Shown one piece after another: positions 47,184 to 56,093 of a stretch of 64,000 nt of DNA (position 1 is its first letter; every line of letters starts with the position of its first letter). Position numbers and translations under genes: made by a program. The DNA comes from Candidatus Wildermuthbacteria bacterium RIFOXYD1_FULL_50_12 (GTDB taxonomy: Bacteria; Patescibacteriota; Minisyncoccia; Minisyncoccales; UBA10102), in NCBI GenBank assembly GCA_001825035.1, contig MHUO01000004.1:155476-219475 (forward strand), given 5' to 3'. Below the pieces are notes generated by a model. It worked only from the letters and a program-made list of their open reading frames with translations. It did not search any database and was not told where the DNA came from.

Positions 47184-48239
47184 ATGGCTATTCCATACGA
47201 AAGATTAACTGCCGCCCTTGTCGCCGATTTGCATCCTCGGACGCAAGATGTGCTAATGAGGAGATTTGGGTTGCAAGCTGAGGAATCGGAAACGCTGGAG
47301 GCAATCGGTCAGAGCCACGGCATAACGAGAGAGCGGGTGCGCCAAATCGTGGAAGACGGTTTGGCTCAGGTGAAAGAGGCGGCTGCCCGCAGGAGGGAGC
47401 GAGAGAAGTTGGAGGAAATTTATGAGCAACTTGGCGCGATCCTTGGGAAGTCAGGTTATGTGAAACGGCAGGATCTTCTCGTGCGGGAAGCGGGAGCTCC
47501 GGAAGCCGCAAACTCCATCATTTTCCTTTTGCATTTGGGAGACAGGTTTTATAGGCACAAAGAAACCGAATACGCGCATCCGTTTTGGGCAAGCAAAAAA
47601 GAGCTCGTGGAAATCAGTCCTCGGCTTTTGGAAGCAATCTGCGCATATTTGCGAGAGCGGGGAGAGGTGCTTGAATTTGAGCATTTGGTGCAAGCGCATA
47701 GTTCCCATGATGGCGAGAAGCTTTCTCCGCGCACGTTAGCTTCCTTGCTTGAGATCTCCAAGTTCATCGGCAGGACGCACAACGGAAAATGGGGACTGCT
47801 GGAGTGGCCCGAAGTATACCCGAGGGGGATGCGCGATAAGGCCTATGTCGCGCTTTGCGACGCGGGCAAGCCCCTGCATTTTATTGAAGTGGCAAAACAC
47901 ATAGAGCAGTTGCAAGAATCGCTTGATGAGCAATTGGGCAATTGGAGGAAAAGGGCGGTGCTCCCCCAGACCGTTCACAACGAGCTCATCAAGGATCCCC
48001 GCTTTGTGCTTGTGGGAAGGGGAACATACGCGCTCCAGGATTGGGGATACAGGCCGGGAACCGTGAAAGATGTGATTATGAGCATTTTGCGGGAAAGCGG
48101 ACAGGCACTGCCCAAGGAAGAAATCATAGAGAAAACACTGAGCCAGCGCCAAGTAAAGGAGAGTACCATTCTCTTGGCTCTCCAGGACAAGACCTGCTTT
48201 GTCCGCGAAGGCGGCGGCTATATCTGCATTGGGGAATAG
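47184..48239 (+). CDS. Sigma-70 region 4 + HARE-HTH domain protein (CPR-typical)
   Basis: RRFGL...TLEAIG...ITRERVRQI; TVHNELIKDPRFVLVGRG.YAL..WGY. Confidence 0.8.
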   Translation: MAIPYERLTAALVADLHPRTQDVLMRRFGLQAEESETLEAIGQSHGITRERVRQIVEDGLAQVKEAAARRREREKLEEIYEQLGAILGKSGYVKRQDLLVREAGAPEAANSIIFLLHLGDRFYRHKETEYAHPFWASKKELVEISPRLLEAICAYLRERGEVLEFEHLVQAHSSHDGEKLSPRTLASLLEISKFIGRTHNGKWGLLEWPEVYPRGMRDKAYVALCDAGKPLHFIEVAKHIEQLQESLDEQLGNWRKRAVLPQTVHNELIKDPRFVLVGRGTYALQDWGYRPGTVKDVIMSILRESGQALPKEEIIEKTLSQRQVKESTILLALQDKTCFVREGGGYICIGE

Positions 48240-48240
48240 G

Positions 48241-48270
48241 AAGCCCTGCGAAGAACAGGGCTTTATTTTT
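48241..48270 (+). terminator. Intrinsic terminator
   Basis: aagccctg...cagggctt followed by a T tract. Confidence 0.6.
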
Positions 48271-48300
48271 ATAAGCGAGAAAGTGTAGTATAATAGGGAA

Positions 48301-49617
48301 ATGGAGACGATTTGGCAAATTTTCCTGCCAATTTTCCAATTTTTTTGGCAGTTTTTAAAAACGTGGTGGTGGGTGTTTGCTCCCTTTGTGCTTTTGTCTC
48401 AAGCCAAGTACTTTTGGCGTTGGTGGCGCACGTATCGGTTTGAACTGACTTTGAGAAGGATTGTGCTGGAGATTAAATTGCCTCCTGACGTGGAAAAGCC
48501 CATCAAAGCAATGGAGAGCGTGTTTGCGGGCTGGTGGCAGATACACGATCCCCCCAACTTCCGGGAAATATGGCTGGACGGAGAGTATCAGCTTGGATTC
48601 AGCTTGGAAGTCGTTTCCACCGAGGGCGCCGTGCATTTTTACATGCGCATACCCGACGAGTCGCGCAGGATTATGGAAGCCGCGCTCTACGCCCAGTTTC
48701 CGGACGCCGAGCTCATAGAGGTAGACGATTACACAAAAGCGGTTCCCCAGAACGTGCCCAATAAGGATTGGCGCATGTGGGGGGCAACTATTAAGCTTGC
48801 AAAGTCGGACGTTTATCCGCTTCGCACGTATAAACACTTTTTTGAAGAGCGGGAAGATATACGGCCGGAACAGCGGGTGGATCCGGTGGCTCAATTGGTG
48901 GAAGGAATGGCAAAGCTCGGCGAAGGAGAGCATTTGTGGCTGCAGTTTCTGCTGACTCCCCGCGCCCCCAACGAGACGGATTTTGTGGAGCGGGGCAAGG
49001 CAGAAGTTGATAAGCTCGTGCATCGCGTGGCCGAAACCGGAAAGAAACCCACCATCCCTATTTCCGAGGACATTCGCGCCGTGGGTCATATGCTCGCGAC
49101 CGGCGAGGATACCGAGCGGCAGATGGTCGGAGGAATAGAAGAGGAGCGGGGGTTAATGGCCCCCGAACTCCGCTTAACGACAGGGGAGCGGGAAGTGGTG
49201 TCTGCTATTGAAGAAAAAACCAGCAAACAAACTTTCAGGACGACCCTGCGATATATTTACCTTGCGAGAACCGAGAAATATCAAGGCGTTACTAAGGTAC
49301 TTCCGTTTCAGTACTTCCAGCAGTTCAACACGGCAAACCTCAATTTTATCCGAGCTCTGCAAACCACCAAGGTGTACACGGTAAGAACGTTTTTCTGGGA
49401 CGAACGGAGACGATACATCAGGCGGAGGCGTCTGTTTCGGCTGTACTGCTCGCGCGATAACTTCTACTGGCCCAGAGGAGGGGGGATGTTTATGATGACT
49501 ATAGACGAGCTGGCGACTATGTTGCATTTCCCGAGCAGGGGTGCGGTTCCTTCAGAAGCCGTGCCGCGCGTGGAGACCAAAAAAGGAGAGGCGCCTTCCG
49601 GATTGCCCTTTGAGTAA
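48301..49617 (+). CDS. Conserved membrane-anchored hypothetical protein (partner of the downstream ATPase)
   Basis: N-terminal TM; FSLE, YAQFPD.E..EV.DY, ELAT..HFP, GLP end. Confidence 0.75.
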   Translation: METIWQIFLPIFQFFWQFLKTWWWVFAPFVLLSQAKYFWRWWRTYRFELTLRRIVLEIKLPPDVEKPIKAMESVFAGWWQIHDPPNFREIWLDGEYQLGFSLEVVSTEGAVHFYMRIPDESRRIMEAALYAQFPDAELIEVDDYTKAVPQNVPNKDWRMWGATIKLAKSDVYPLRTYKHFFEEREDIRPEQRVDPVAQLVEGMAKLGEGEHLWLQFLLTPRAPNETDFVERGKAEVDKLVHRVAETGKKPTIPISEDIRAVGHMLATGEDTERQMVGGIEEERGLMAPELRLTTGEREVVSAIEEKTSKQTFRTTLRYIYLARTEKYQGVTKVLPFQYFQQFNTANLNFIRALQTTKVYTVRTFFWDERRRYIRRRRLFRLYCSRDNFYWPRGGGMFMMTIDELATMLHFPSRGAVPSEAVPRVETKKGEAPSGLPFE

Positions 49618-49623
49618 TGCGAT

Positions 49624-51261
49624 ATGGAAGAAATCAATTTTTTCGGAGAAACAAATTTTCGGAATATGCGGCGGAAATTCGGCATTAAGGTTGACGACCG
49701 GCGCCGCCATTTTTACGTGATTGGGAAAACCGGCATGGGCAAAACTGAAATGCTGAAAAACATGGCCGTACAGGATATAAAGTTGGGCCACGGAATCGGT
49801 TTTGTGGATCCGCACGGAGAAGCGGTGGAAGAACTTCTGGATTTCGTTCCCGAAGCGCGCGTGAAAGACGTTGTCTATTTTAATCCTGCGGATACCGAGC
49901 ATCCGATCGCTTTTAACGTCATGGAACAGGTGGATCCAGACAAGCGGCACATGGTGGCTTCAGGATTGATGTCGGTGTTCAAGAAAATTTGGCCCGACGT
50001 GTGGTCCGCCCGCATGGAGTATATTTTGAATAATGTGGTGCTTGCGCTCCTGGAGTATCCGGACTCCACGCTTTTGGGCATCAATCGAATGCTGGCCGAC
50101 CCCGAATACCGCCAGAAAGTGGTGGACTATGTGAAAGACCCCGTGGTAAAGACGTTTTGGTTGCAGGAATATGCGAGATACACCCAGCGTTACGAAGTGG
50201 AAGCAACGGCCGCCGTGCAGAATAAGGTTGGGCAGCTCACGTCCAACCCCTTAATCAGAAATATCGTAGGGCAGACGCGATCCTCCATTGATATGCGCAA
50301 GGTAATGGATGAAAAGAAAATTCTTCTCGTGAATATTTCAAAGGGACGCATCGGCGAAGATACCTCCCGACTTATCGGTGGGCTTTTGATTACCAAACTT
50401 CAGTTAGCCGCAATGTCTCGCGTGGATATTCCAGAAGAGGAACGAGAGGATTTCTTTCTGTACATTGACGAGTTTCAGCATTTTGCCACGGAGAGTTTCG
50501 TAAACATTCTCTCTGAAGCAAGGAAATACCGCCTTTCCTTAATTTTGAGCCATCAGTATATTGCCCAGCTTGGAGTAGGAACGGAGGCAAAGGTGAGAGA
50601 TGCGGTGTTTGGGAACGTGGGAACCATTGTGTCCTTTCGCATCGGAGCAGAGGATGCCGAGGCCTTAGAGAAAGAATTCTTCCCCGAGTTCACGGCAATT
50701 GACTTTATGAACCTCGGTAAATATACCATATATGTAAAACTGATGATTGAGGGGGTGGCATCTCGGCCCTTTTCCGCAAACACTCTTCCGCCACCTTCGC
50801 CGCTCGAACGTTCCTGGCGTCAAGAAGTCATTCAGTTTTCGCGGGAACAGTATGCGAGCGCGGCTTCCAAAGTAGAGCAAGGTATTATGGAATGGACTGG
50901 CGTGGGGGCGATGGGGGCGATGCCCGTTGCTCTTGCTTCAGTCCAGCCGCAGGTGCTGTACGATGCAAGATGCTCAAAGTGCGGTAAGGATACCAAGGTG
51001 GTATTTCCTCCCGACGGCAAGAGGCCGGTGTACTGCAAGTCCTGCCGGAAAAAATTGAAGCGGAAAGGAGAAAGCGATCGTCCGCGCACGCCCGAGGAAC
51101 AAGGAGTCAAGAAAAAGAGGGATACGCAAGGATTAAAGCAAGTGCTGCAGGAGGCCTTGCGCAAGGTCAATCAGGGCTCTCCAGCTTTGAATCTGAAAGA
51201 AGAACTCGGCGGCAAAGAAGGAGTATTAAAACCCGGGGAAACCGTGCGTTTTGACCAATGA
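49624..51261 (+). CDS. TrwB/VirD4/HerA-like P-loop ATPase with C-terminal CxxC-x17-CxxC zinc finger
   Basis: Walker A GKTGMGKT, DPHGE, Walker B LYIDEFQ, SEARKY, HQY; CSKC...YCKSC. Confidence 0.85.
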   Translation: MEEINFFGETNFRNMRRKFGIKVDDRRRHFYVIGKTGMGKTEMLKNMAVQDIKLGHGIGFVDPHGEAVEELLDFVPEARVKDVVYFNPADTEHPIAFNVMEQVDPDKRHMVASGLMSVFKKIWPDVWSARMEYILNNVVLALLEYPDSTLLGINRMLADPEYRQKVVDYVKDPVVKTFWLQEYARYTQRYEVEATAAVQNKVGQLTSNPLIRNIVGQTRSSIDMRKVMDEKKILLVNISKGRIGEDTSRLIGGLLITKLQLAAMSRVDIPEEEREDFFLYIDEFQHFATESFVNILSEARKYRLSLILSHQYIAQLGVGTEAKVRDAVFGNVGTIVSFRIGAEDAEALEKEFFPEFTAIDFMNLGKYTIYVKLMIEGVASRPFSANTLPPPSPLERSWRQEVIQFSREQYASAASKVEQGIMEWTGVGAMGAMPVALASVQPQVLYDARCSKCGKDTKVVFPPDGKRPVYCKSCRKKLKRKGESDRPRTPEEQGVKKKRDTQGLKQVLQEALRKVNQGSPALNLKEELGGKEGVLKPGETVRFDQ

Positions 51262-52373
51262 TCCCTACGCTTAAAGATGTTGAAATTCAAGGGAGGCGAG
51301 TTCTGGTTCGCGCAAGCTTGAATGTCCCCGTGGAGAATGGAGTAATCCAAGATGATTTTCGCCTGCGGGAAAGTACGGCAACCATCCGTTTCCTTACGGA
51401 ACGCAACGCCAAATGCGTGGTGTTTGGGCATTTGGGGAGACCAGCACCAATCTGGGAAATCCACCCCGTCATCCGACAGGGTGCCCCGTCGCATGACGGG
51501 GCAGATCCAAAAGAACTCAGCCTCTCGCCGATTGCAAAGCGGATGGAGGAGCTTTTAGGGAAAGAGGTAAAGTTTCTTGCAGATCCCATCGGAGAAGGGG
51601 TGCGAAAACGCATTGAGGCGGTGCAATTCGGAGATGTTGCGCTGCTCGAGAATATTCGCTTTTACTACGGAGAGAAGGAGAATGATCCTGTTTTTGCCAA
51701 GCACCTTGCGGCATTGGGAGATTTGTATGTCAATGACGCGTTTGCCGTTTGCCATCGGGCGCATGCTTCTGTTGTGGGGCTCCCTCCTTTGCTTCCTTCT
51801 GCCATGGGTCTGCTTTTGGAAAAAGAGGTGAGCGTGTTGGGGAAAATTCGAGAGAGGCCCGAAAAACCGATGGTTGTTGTGGTGGGTGGAGCGAAAGTGG
51901 AAACAAAAGCCGCTTTTTTGACAGCAATATCAAAGCATGCCGATGTGATTCTCCTGGGCAACCTCATTTCAGAAGAAATCAAAGAAAAAGGCCTGCCTGC
52001 CGGTAGGCAGGGACTGCAGGTTGTCGAGGATGCGGAGCTGGTATATGCGACAGACGGGGTGGATGGCGGCTTTGATCTCGGTCCGGACACCGTTCAGCGC
52101 TTCATCGGAAAAATGAAAGGGGCAAGAACGATTTTTTGGGCGGGACCTTTGGGTAAGATAGAAGAGGAGAAGTATGAAAAAGGATCGCTTGCAGTCGCAG
52201 AGGCCATTCTCAAAAGCGGCGCGTTTGCAGTGGCAGGAGGAGGAGATTTAGGAGCATTCTTGAATAAACACAATCTTCGGGAGAAATTCGACCATGTGTC
52301 TACGGGCGGGGGAGCCATGCTCGCCTTTTTAGCCGGCGAAAAACTTCCGGGTTTGGAGGCATTGGAACAATGA
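51258..52373 (+). CDS. pgk: Phosphoglycerate kinase
   Basis: LNVP, HLGRP, LENIRF, DAF..CHRAHAS, GGAK, GGGD, STGGGA. Confidence 0.95.
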   Translation: MIPTLKDVEIQGRRVLVRASLNVPVENGVIQDDFRLRESTATIRFLTERNAKCVVFGHLGRPAPIWEIHPVIRQGAPSHDGADPKELSLSPIAKRMEELLGKEVKFLADPIGEGVRKRIEAVQFGDVALLENIRFYYGEKENDPVFAKHLAALGDLYVNDAFAVCHRAHASVVGLPPLLPSAMGLLLEKEVSVLGKIRERPEKPMVVVVGGAKVETKAAFLTAISKHADVILLGNLISEEIKEKGLPAGRQGLQVVEDAELVYATDGVDGGFDLGPDTVQRFIGKMKGARTIFWAGPLGKIEEEKYEKGSLAVAEAILKSGAFAVAGGGDLGAFLNKHNLREKFDHVSTGGGAMLAFLAGEKLPGLEALEQ

Positions 52374-53524
52374 AAATCAAAAACTTAACAAAGGCCGCCA
52401 ATAGGGTTCAAAAGGCGATCGCTCAAGAAGAGCGCATTATTTTATATGGCGACGCGGACTTGGACGGCGTTACTGCCGTGCTCATAGCAGACGAAGCTAT
52501 CAAGAGCTTGGGGGGAAAGGTGGCGGCATACTATTTTCCAGAGCGTGAAAAAGAAGGGTATGGAGTAACACGAAAAGCGCTGAAACATCTCAAGCAGTAT
52601 GCCCCCGGCCTGCTGATTACTTTTGACTTGGGAATTTCCAATTTTGAGGAAATTCCTTTGGCAAAAAAACTCGGCTTTAGCGTGATTGTGATGGATCATC
52701 ACAAGGCCCTGGGAAAGTTGCCCAAAGCAGATATTATTGTAGACCCCAAGCAACCTGGCGAAAAGTATCCGTTTAAGGAATTCGCGGCGTGCGGCTTATC
52801 TTTGCAGCTCGCAAAAGCGCTCCTCGGCAAAAAAATGTCAGACACCTTATACCAAAGCATGGTAGAATTAGCGGCAGTGGGCACGATAGCGGACATGATG
52901 GCGCGCGAACAGGACAACTCGCAGATTATTCAGGATGGCCTGGACGCGCTTCCGTATTCTTGGCGGCCCGGCATCCGGGCATTTTTGGAGTCCGATATCT
53001 TCGGGGACGACGCGTCCTTGGAGCAAAAAGTTCAGCATATGATTGCCATACTCAACGTGCGCGACACCAAAAACCGGCGGCCCGGTGCATTCCGCTTGCT
53101 TTCCTGCCCTTCTCTGCCCAAAGCAAAGCGGACGATTGACGATTTTGTGGAAAAGCACAAACTTCGGAGAGAGCGGGTTGATCGCGCCGCAGATGAGATT
53201 CGTATGCGCATATTCCACAAAAAAGCGGATCCCTGGGTGTTTGAAGGGGACGCGGCGTTTGAATATGTGCTGCTGGGTGCGCTGGCTTCCATCATATCGC
53301 AAGAAACCCAAAAGCCGGCCTTCATTTACACAAAAAGCAAAACGACTCTCCTGGGCAGCGTTCGCGCGCCCTCAGGGCATGACACGGTAAAAGCGATGCA
53401 GTCATGCCGCGAATTTTTGGATACGTACGGCGGTCATCCCCAAGCATCCGGATTCCAGACAACTGCGGACAAGGAAAAAGATTTGCGAGCTTGCCTCACT
53501 CAATATTTCCAAAAGAATAAGTGA
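52370..53524 (+). CDS. RecJ-like DHH/DHHA1 ssDNA exonuclease
   Basis: YGDADLDG, DHH, GTIAD, GSVR, GGH..A.G. Confidence 0.85.
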   Translation: MKIKNLTKAANRVQKAIAQEERIILYGDADLDGVTAVLIADEAIKSLGGKVAAYYFPEREKEGYGVTRKALKHLKQYAPGLLITFDLGISNFEEIPLAKKLGFSVIVMDHHKALGKLPKADIIVDPKQPGEKYPFKEFAACGLSLQLAKALLGKKMSDTLYQSMVELAAVGTIADMMAREQDNSQIIQDGLDALPYSWRPGIRAFLESDIFGDDASLEQKVQHMIAILNVRDTKNRRPGAFRLLSCPSLPKAKRTIDDFVEKHKLRRERVDRAADEIRMRIFHKKADPWVFEGDAAFEYVLLGALASIISQETQKPAFIYTKSKTTLLGSVRAPSGHDTVKAMQSCREFLDTYGGHPQASGFQTTADKEKDLRACLTQYFQKNK

Positions 53525-53525
53525 T

Positions 53526-53966
53526 ATGAGGATATTTGTCATTCATGCAGACGGCGGAGCGAGAGGAAATCCCGGCCCTGCGGCCATCGGCGCCGTCATC
53601 GAAGACGAAAAGGGAAAAGTTCTAAAAGAGATTTCAGAGTACATTGGCGAGACCACGAATAACGAAGCAGAATATCGGGCCGTTATTACAGCTCTCAAAA
53701 AGCTCAAGGCACTCATTGGAAAAGCAGAAGCAAAGAAAGCGCACGTGTGGATATATGCAGATTCTGAATTGCTTGTTCAGCAAATGAACGGCCATTATAA
53801 AATTGATAACGCGAATATCCAGAAGTTTTTCTTGGAGCTTTGGAATTTGAAAATAGATTTTGGTAAGGCAACATTTGAGGCGGTACCCCGGGCGCAAAAC
53901 AGAGAGGCCGATCGATTGGTGAACGCCGCGCTTGACGAGAAAATCCGACCCCAAAAACTTTTCTAA
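53526..53966 (+). CDS. rnhA: Ribonuclease HI
   Basis: DGGARGNPGPA, TNNEAEY, DSEL, N.EAD.L.N. Confidence 0.93.
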   Translation: MRIFVIHADGGARGNPGPAAIGAVIEDEKGKVLKEISEYIGETTNNEAEYRAVITALKKLKALIGKAEAKKAHVWIYADSELLVQQMNGHYKIDNANIQKFFLELWNLKIDFGKATFEAVPRAQNREADRLVNAALDEKIRPQKLF

Positions 53967-54007
53967 CGAAAAACCGCCCTGAGCGTAGTCGAATGGACGG
54001 CTTTTCG
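53967..54007. terminator. Bidirectional terminator hairpin between rnhA and rnpB
   Basis: cgaaaaaccg...cggcttttcg stem with a ccctgagcgtagtcgaatgg REP-like loop. Confidence 0.6.
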
Positions 54008-54008
54008 T

Positions 54009-54334
54009 GTCGGAGGAAACCTATAAGCCGAATTCTGTCCTCCCGCTTTCGCGGAATGGGCAATCATCTATCTGTCTCGTACATTACTGCACGGATCAAG
54101 CGAGTTGTTTTTCACAGAAGCTCCGCATGAAAGCAGCTCTTCTGATCCACTCTTGCACTCTACACGGATTTAGCCGTTTCACCCCCGAAGTTGCCTTCGG
54201 GGCTCGTCTCTGTTCGCACCGCTCGCCTTACGGCGGCCGGGTGTTACCCGGAGTAGTTGATCCGCCAACTGGCGGAGAGTGTTCGGACTTTCCTCCCCGC
54301 CAACTGGCGGGGCAATTGCCCAGCTTCCTCCGAC
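54009..54334 (-). ncRNA. rnpB: RNase P RNA
   Basis: Minus strand has GAGGAAAGUCCG and ACAGAAUUCGGCUUA conserved segments and a P1 stem gtcggagg/cctccgac; promoter TTGACA-17-TAGAAT at 54369-54341. Confidence 0.93.
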
Positions 54335-54396
54335 GCCGTTATTCTACCAACGTGCTTTGGATTTGTCAAGATGAGAAATTTGCGTATAATAGACAG

Positions 54397-56040
54397 ATGA
54401 CTGTTTCTGCATTGCTCAACGGCAAAACCGGCACCATAGGGGCGGCGGCAGGTATTCTTTTTGTCTCTTCGCTCGTGAGCGGACTTTTGGGCTTTGCAAG
54501 GAACGGCTTGCTCTCATGGCGCTTCGGAGCCGGAGAAGCAACCGATATGTATTTCGCCGCTTTTCGCATTCCAGATTTCCTCTACGGAATACTCATTATG
54601 GGAGGCATTTCAGCGGTCTTTCTTCCGCTGTTTTCTGAGCGCATGGCGCAGGGCAGAGAGGAGGCGTGGAAGTTTGCGAGCAATCTTCTTAATATTATTA
54701 TTGGCTCATTGGCCGTGTTCGCCGCTTTGGTGTTTCTATTCGCGCCCCAACTCATCCCTCTTGTGGCTCCCGGATTCTCAGCCGCGCAAATTGAGACGAG
54801 CGCGAATCTTACGCGCCTTATGCTCTTGAGTCCCATTCTATTCGGAATATCTGCCGTGCTCTCCGGAGTCCTCCATTATTACCAGAGATTTTTCGCGTAT
54901 GCCTTGGCTCCGGTGCTGTACAACCTCGGCATCATTTTGGGCATTTTGTTTCTTGCTCCCTTATGGGGCATTTGGGGAGTCGCTGTCGGCGTGATTCTGG
55001 GGGCTCTGCTTCACGTGCTCATTCAGGCGCCGGTTGCCTGCAAGGAAGGGTTTTCGTGGCAGCCCCTGTGGAATCTCAAAGACGCCTCGGTGAGAAAAGC
55101 CGCCGTTCTTGCCTTTCCCCGCACTATTGCGACGGCCGCCTTCTACGTTAACATCATAGTGATGACGGCGCTTGCTTCCCTTATTGCAGAAGGAAGCATT
55201 ACCATATTTGAATACGCAAATCATATTCAGCAGCTGCCCGTGGGTTTGATTGGGGTGTCTTTTGCGCTCGCGGCCTTTCCCGCGCTCTCACGCTTTGCCG
55301 TAGAGCAGAATTCCGCGAAAATGCGCCAGGCATTTTCGCGGACGGCTTCTAACGTTTTGTTCTTTGTTTTGCCGTTATCTGCTCTCATATTTCTTTTGCG
55401 CGCACAAATAGTGCGCCTTATTTACGGAGCGGGACCGCACTTTGGCTGGGATGAAACGCGCCTTACCGCGGCGGCGCTCGGCATATTTGCTTTTGGCATT
55501 GTTTTTTACGCGCTCATTCCCTTGTTCACGCGCTTATTCTTTGCTTTGCAAGACACCAAAACCCCAACCTTTGCGAGCGTGTCTGCGGTTGTGTTAAACA
55601 TTGTCTCTGCTGTCTTCTTTATTGGCGCATTCGCTGCCCCGAACACGTTTTCGCAGTTCTTTGTTTCTGCTCTGCGGTTGGAAGGCATTGAAGATATACG
55701 CATTCTCGCTCTGCCCTTGGCTTTTGTGTTAGCCGGCATATTTCAGGCAAGCTTGCTTTTGTTGCTCCTTGCGCGCAAAACAAAAGGGGTAGGTAAAAAG
55801 GATTTTCTTTCCTCTGCGGCCAAAACGGCAATTGCAACCTTGGCTTCTGGCGTCGTGACCTACGGAATGTTGCAGTTGTACGGAAGGCCTTTTCCGTTGG
55901 AAACATACGCACGCGTGCTCACGCAATTTTTGCTCGCGGGAGCCATCGGCGCTCTTGCGTTTGTAGCTACCGCCTTTCTGCTCCGTTCCTCTGAAATACT
56001 TTCTCTTTTCGTTCGCTTCCGGTCCTTTCTTAAAAAGTAA
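54397..56040 (+). CDS. murJ: Lipid II flippase MurJ
   Basis: GLLGFAR, FGAG...D.Y.AAF.IPD, QLP.GLIG, FFALQDTKTP; real start ATG 54397. Confidence 0.93.
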   Translation: MTVSALLNGKTGTIGAAAGILFVSSLVSGLLGFARNGLLSWRFGAGEATDMYFAAFRIPDFLYGILIMGGISAVFLPLFSERMAQGREEAWKFASNLLNIIIGSLAVFAALVFLFAPQLIPLVAPGFSAAQIETSANLTRLMLLSPILFGISAVLSGVLHYYQRFFAYALAPVLYNLGIILGILFLAPLWGIWGVAVGVILGALLHVLIQAPVACKEGFSWQPLWNLKDASVRKAAVLAFPRTIATAAFYVNIIVMTALASLIAEGSITIFEYANHIQQLPVGLIGVSFALAAFPALSRFAVEQNSAKMRQAFSRTASNVLFFVLPLSALIFLLRAQIVRLIYGAGPHFGWDETRLTAAALGIFAFGIVFYALIPLFTRLFFALQDTKTPTFASVSAVVLNIVSAVFFIGAFAAPNTFSQFFVSALRLEGIEDIRILALPLAFVLAGIFQASLLLLLLARKTKGVGKKDFLSSAAKTAIATLASGVVTYGMLQLYGRPFPLETYARVLTQFLLAGAIGALAFVATAFLLRSSEILSLFVRFRSFLKK

Positions 56041-56054
56041 AGGAGCGTGCTTTG

Positions 56055-56079
56055 AAAGTCGCCCCGAGGGCGGCTTTTT
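56055..56079 (+). terminator. Intrinsic terminator
   Basis: aaagtcgccc...gggcggcttt followed by T residues. Confidence 0.6.
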
Positions 56080-56093
56080 GGTATGATGGAGTA

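Noticed and set aside
54007-54396. 130-aa N-terminal extension of MurJ in the ORF track
   Set aside because: It is the antisense of rnpB; the real start is ATG 54397 after TATAAT.
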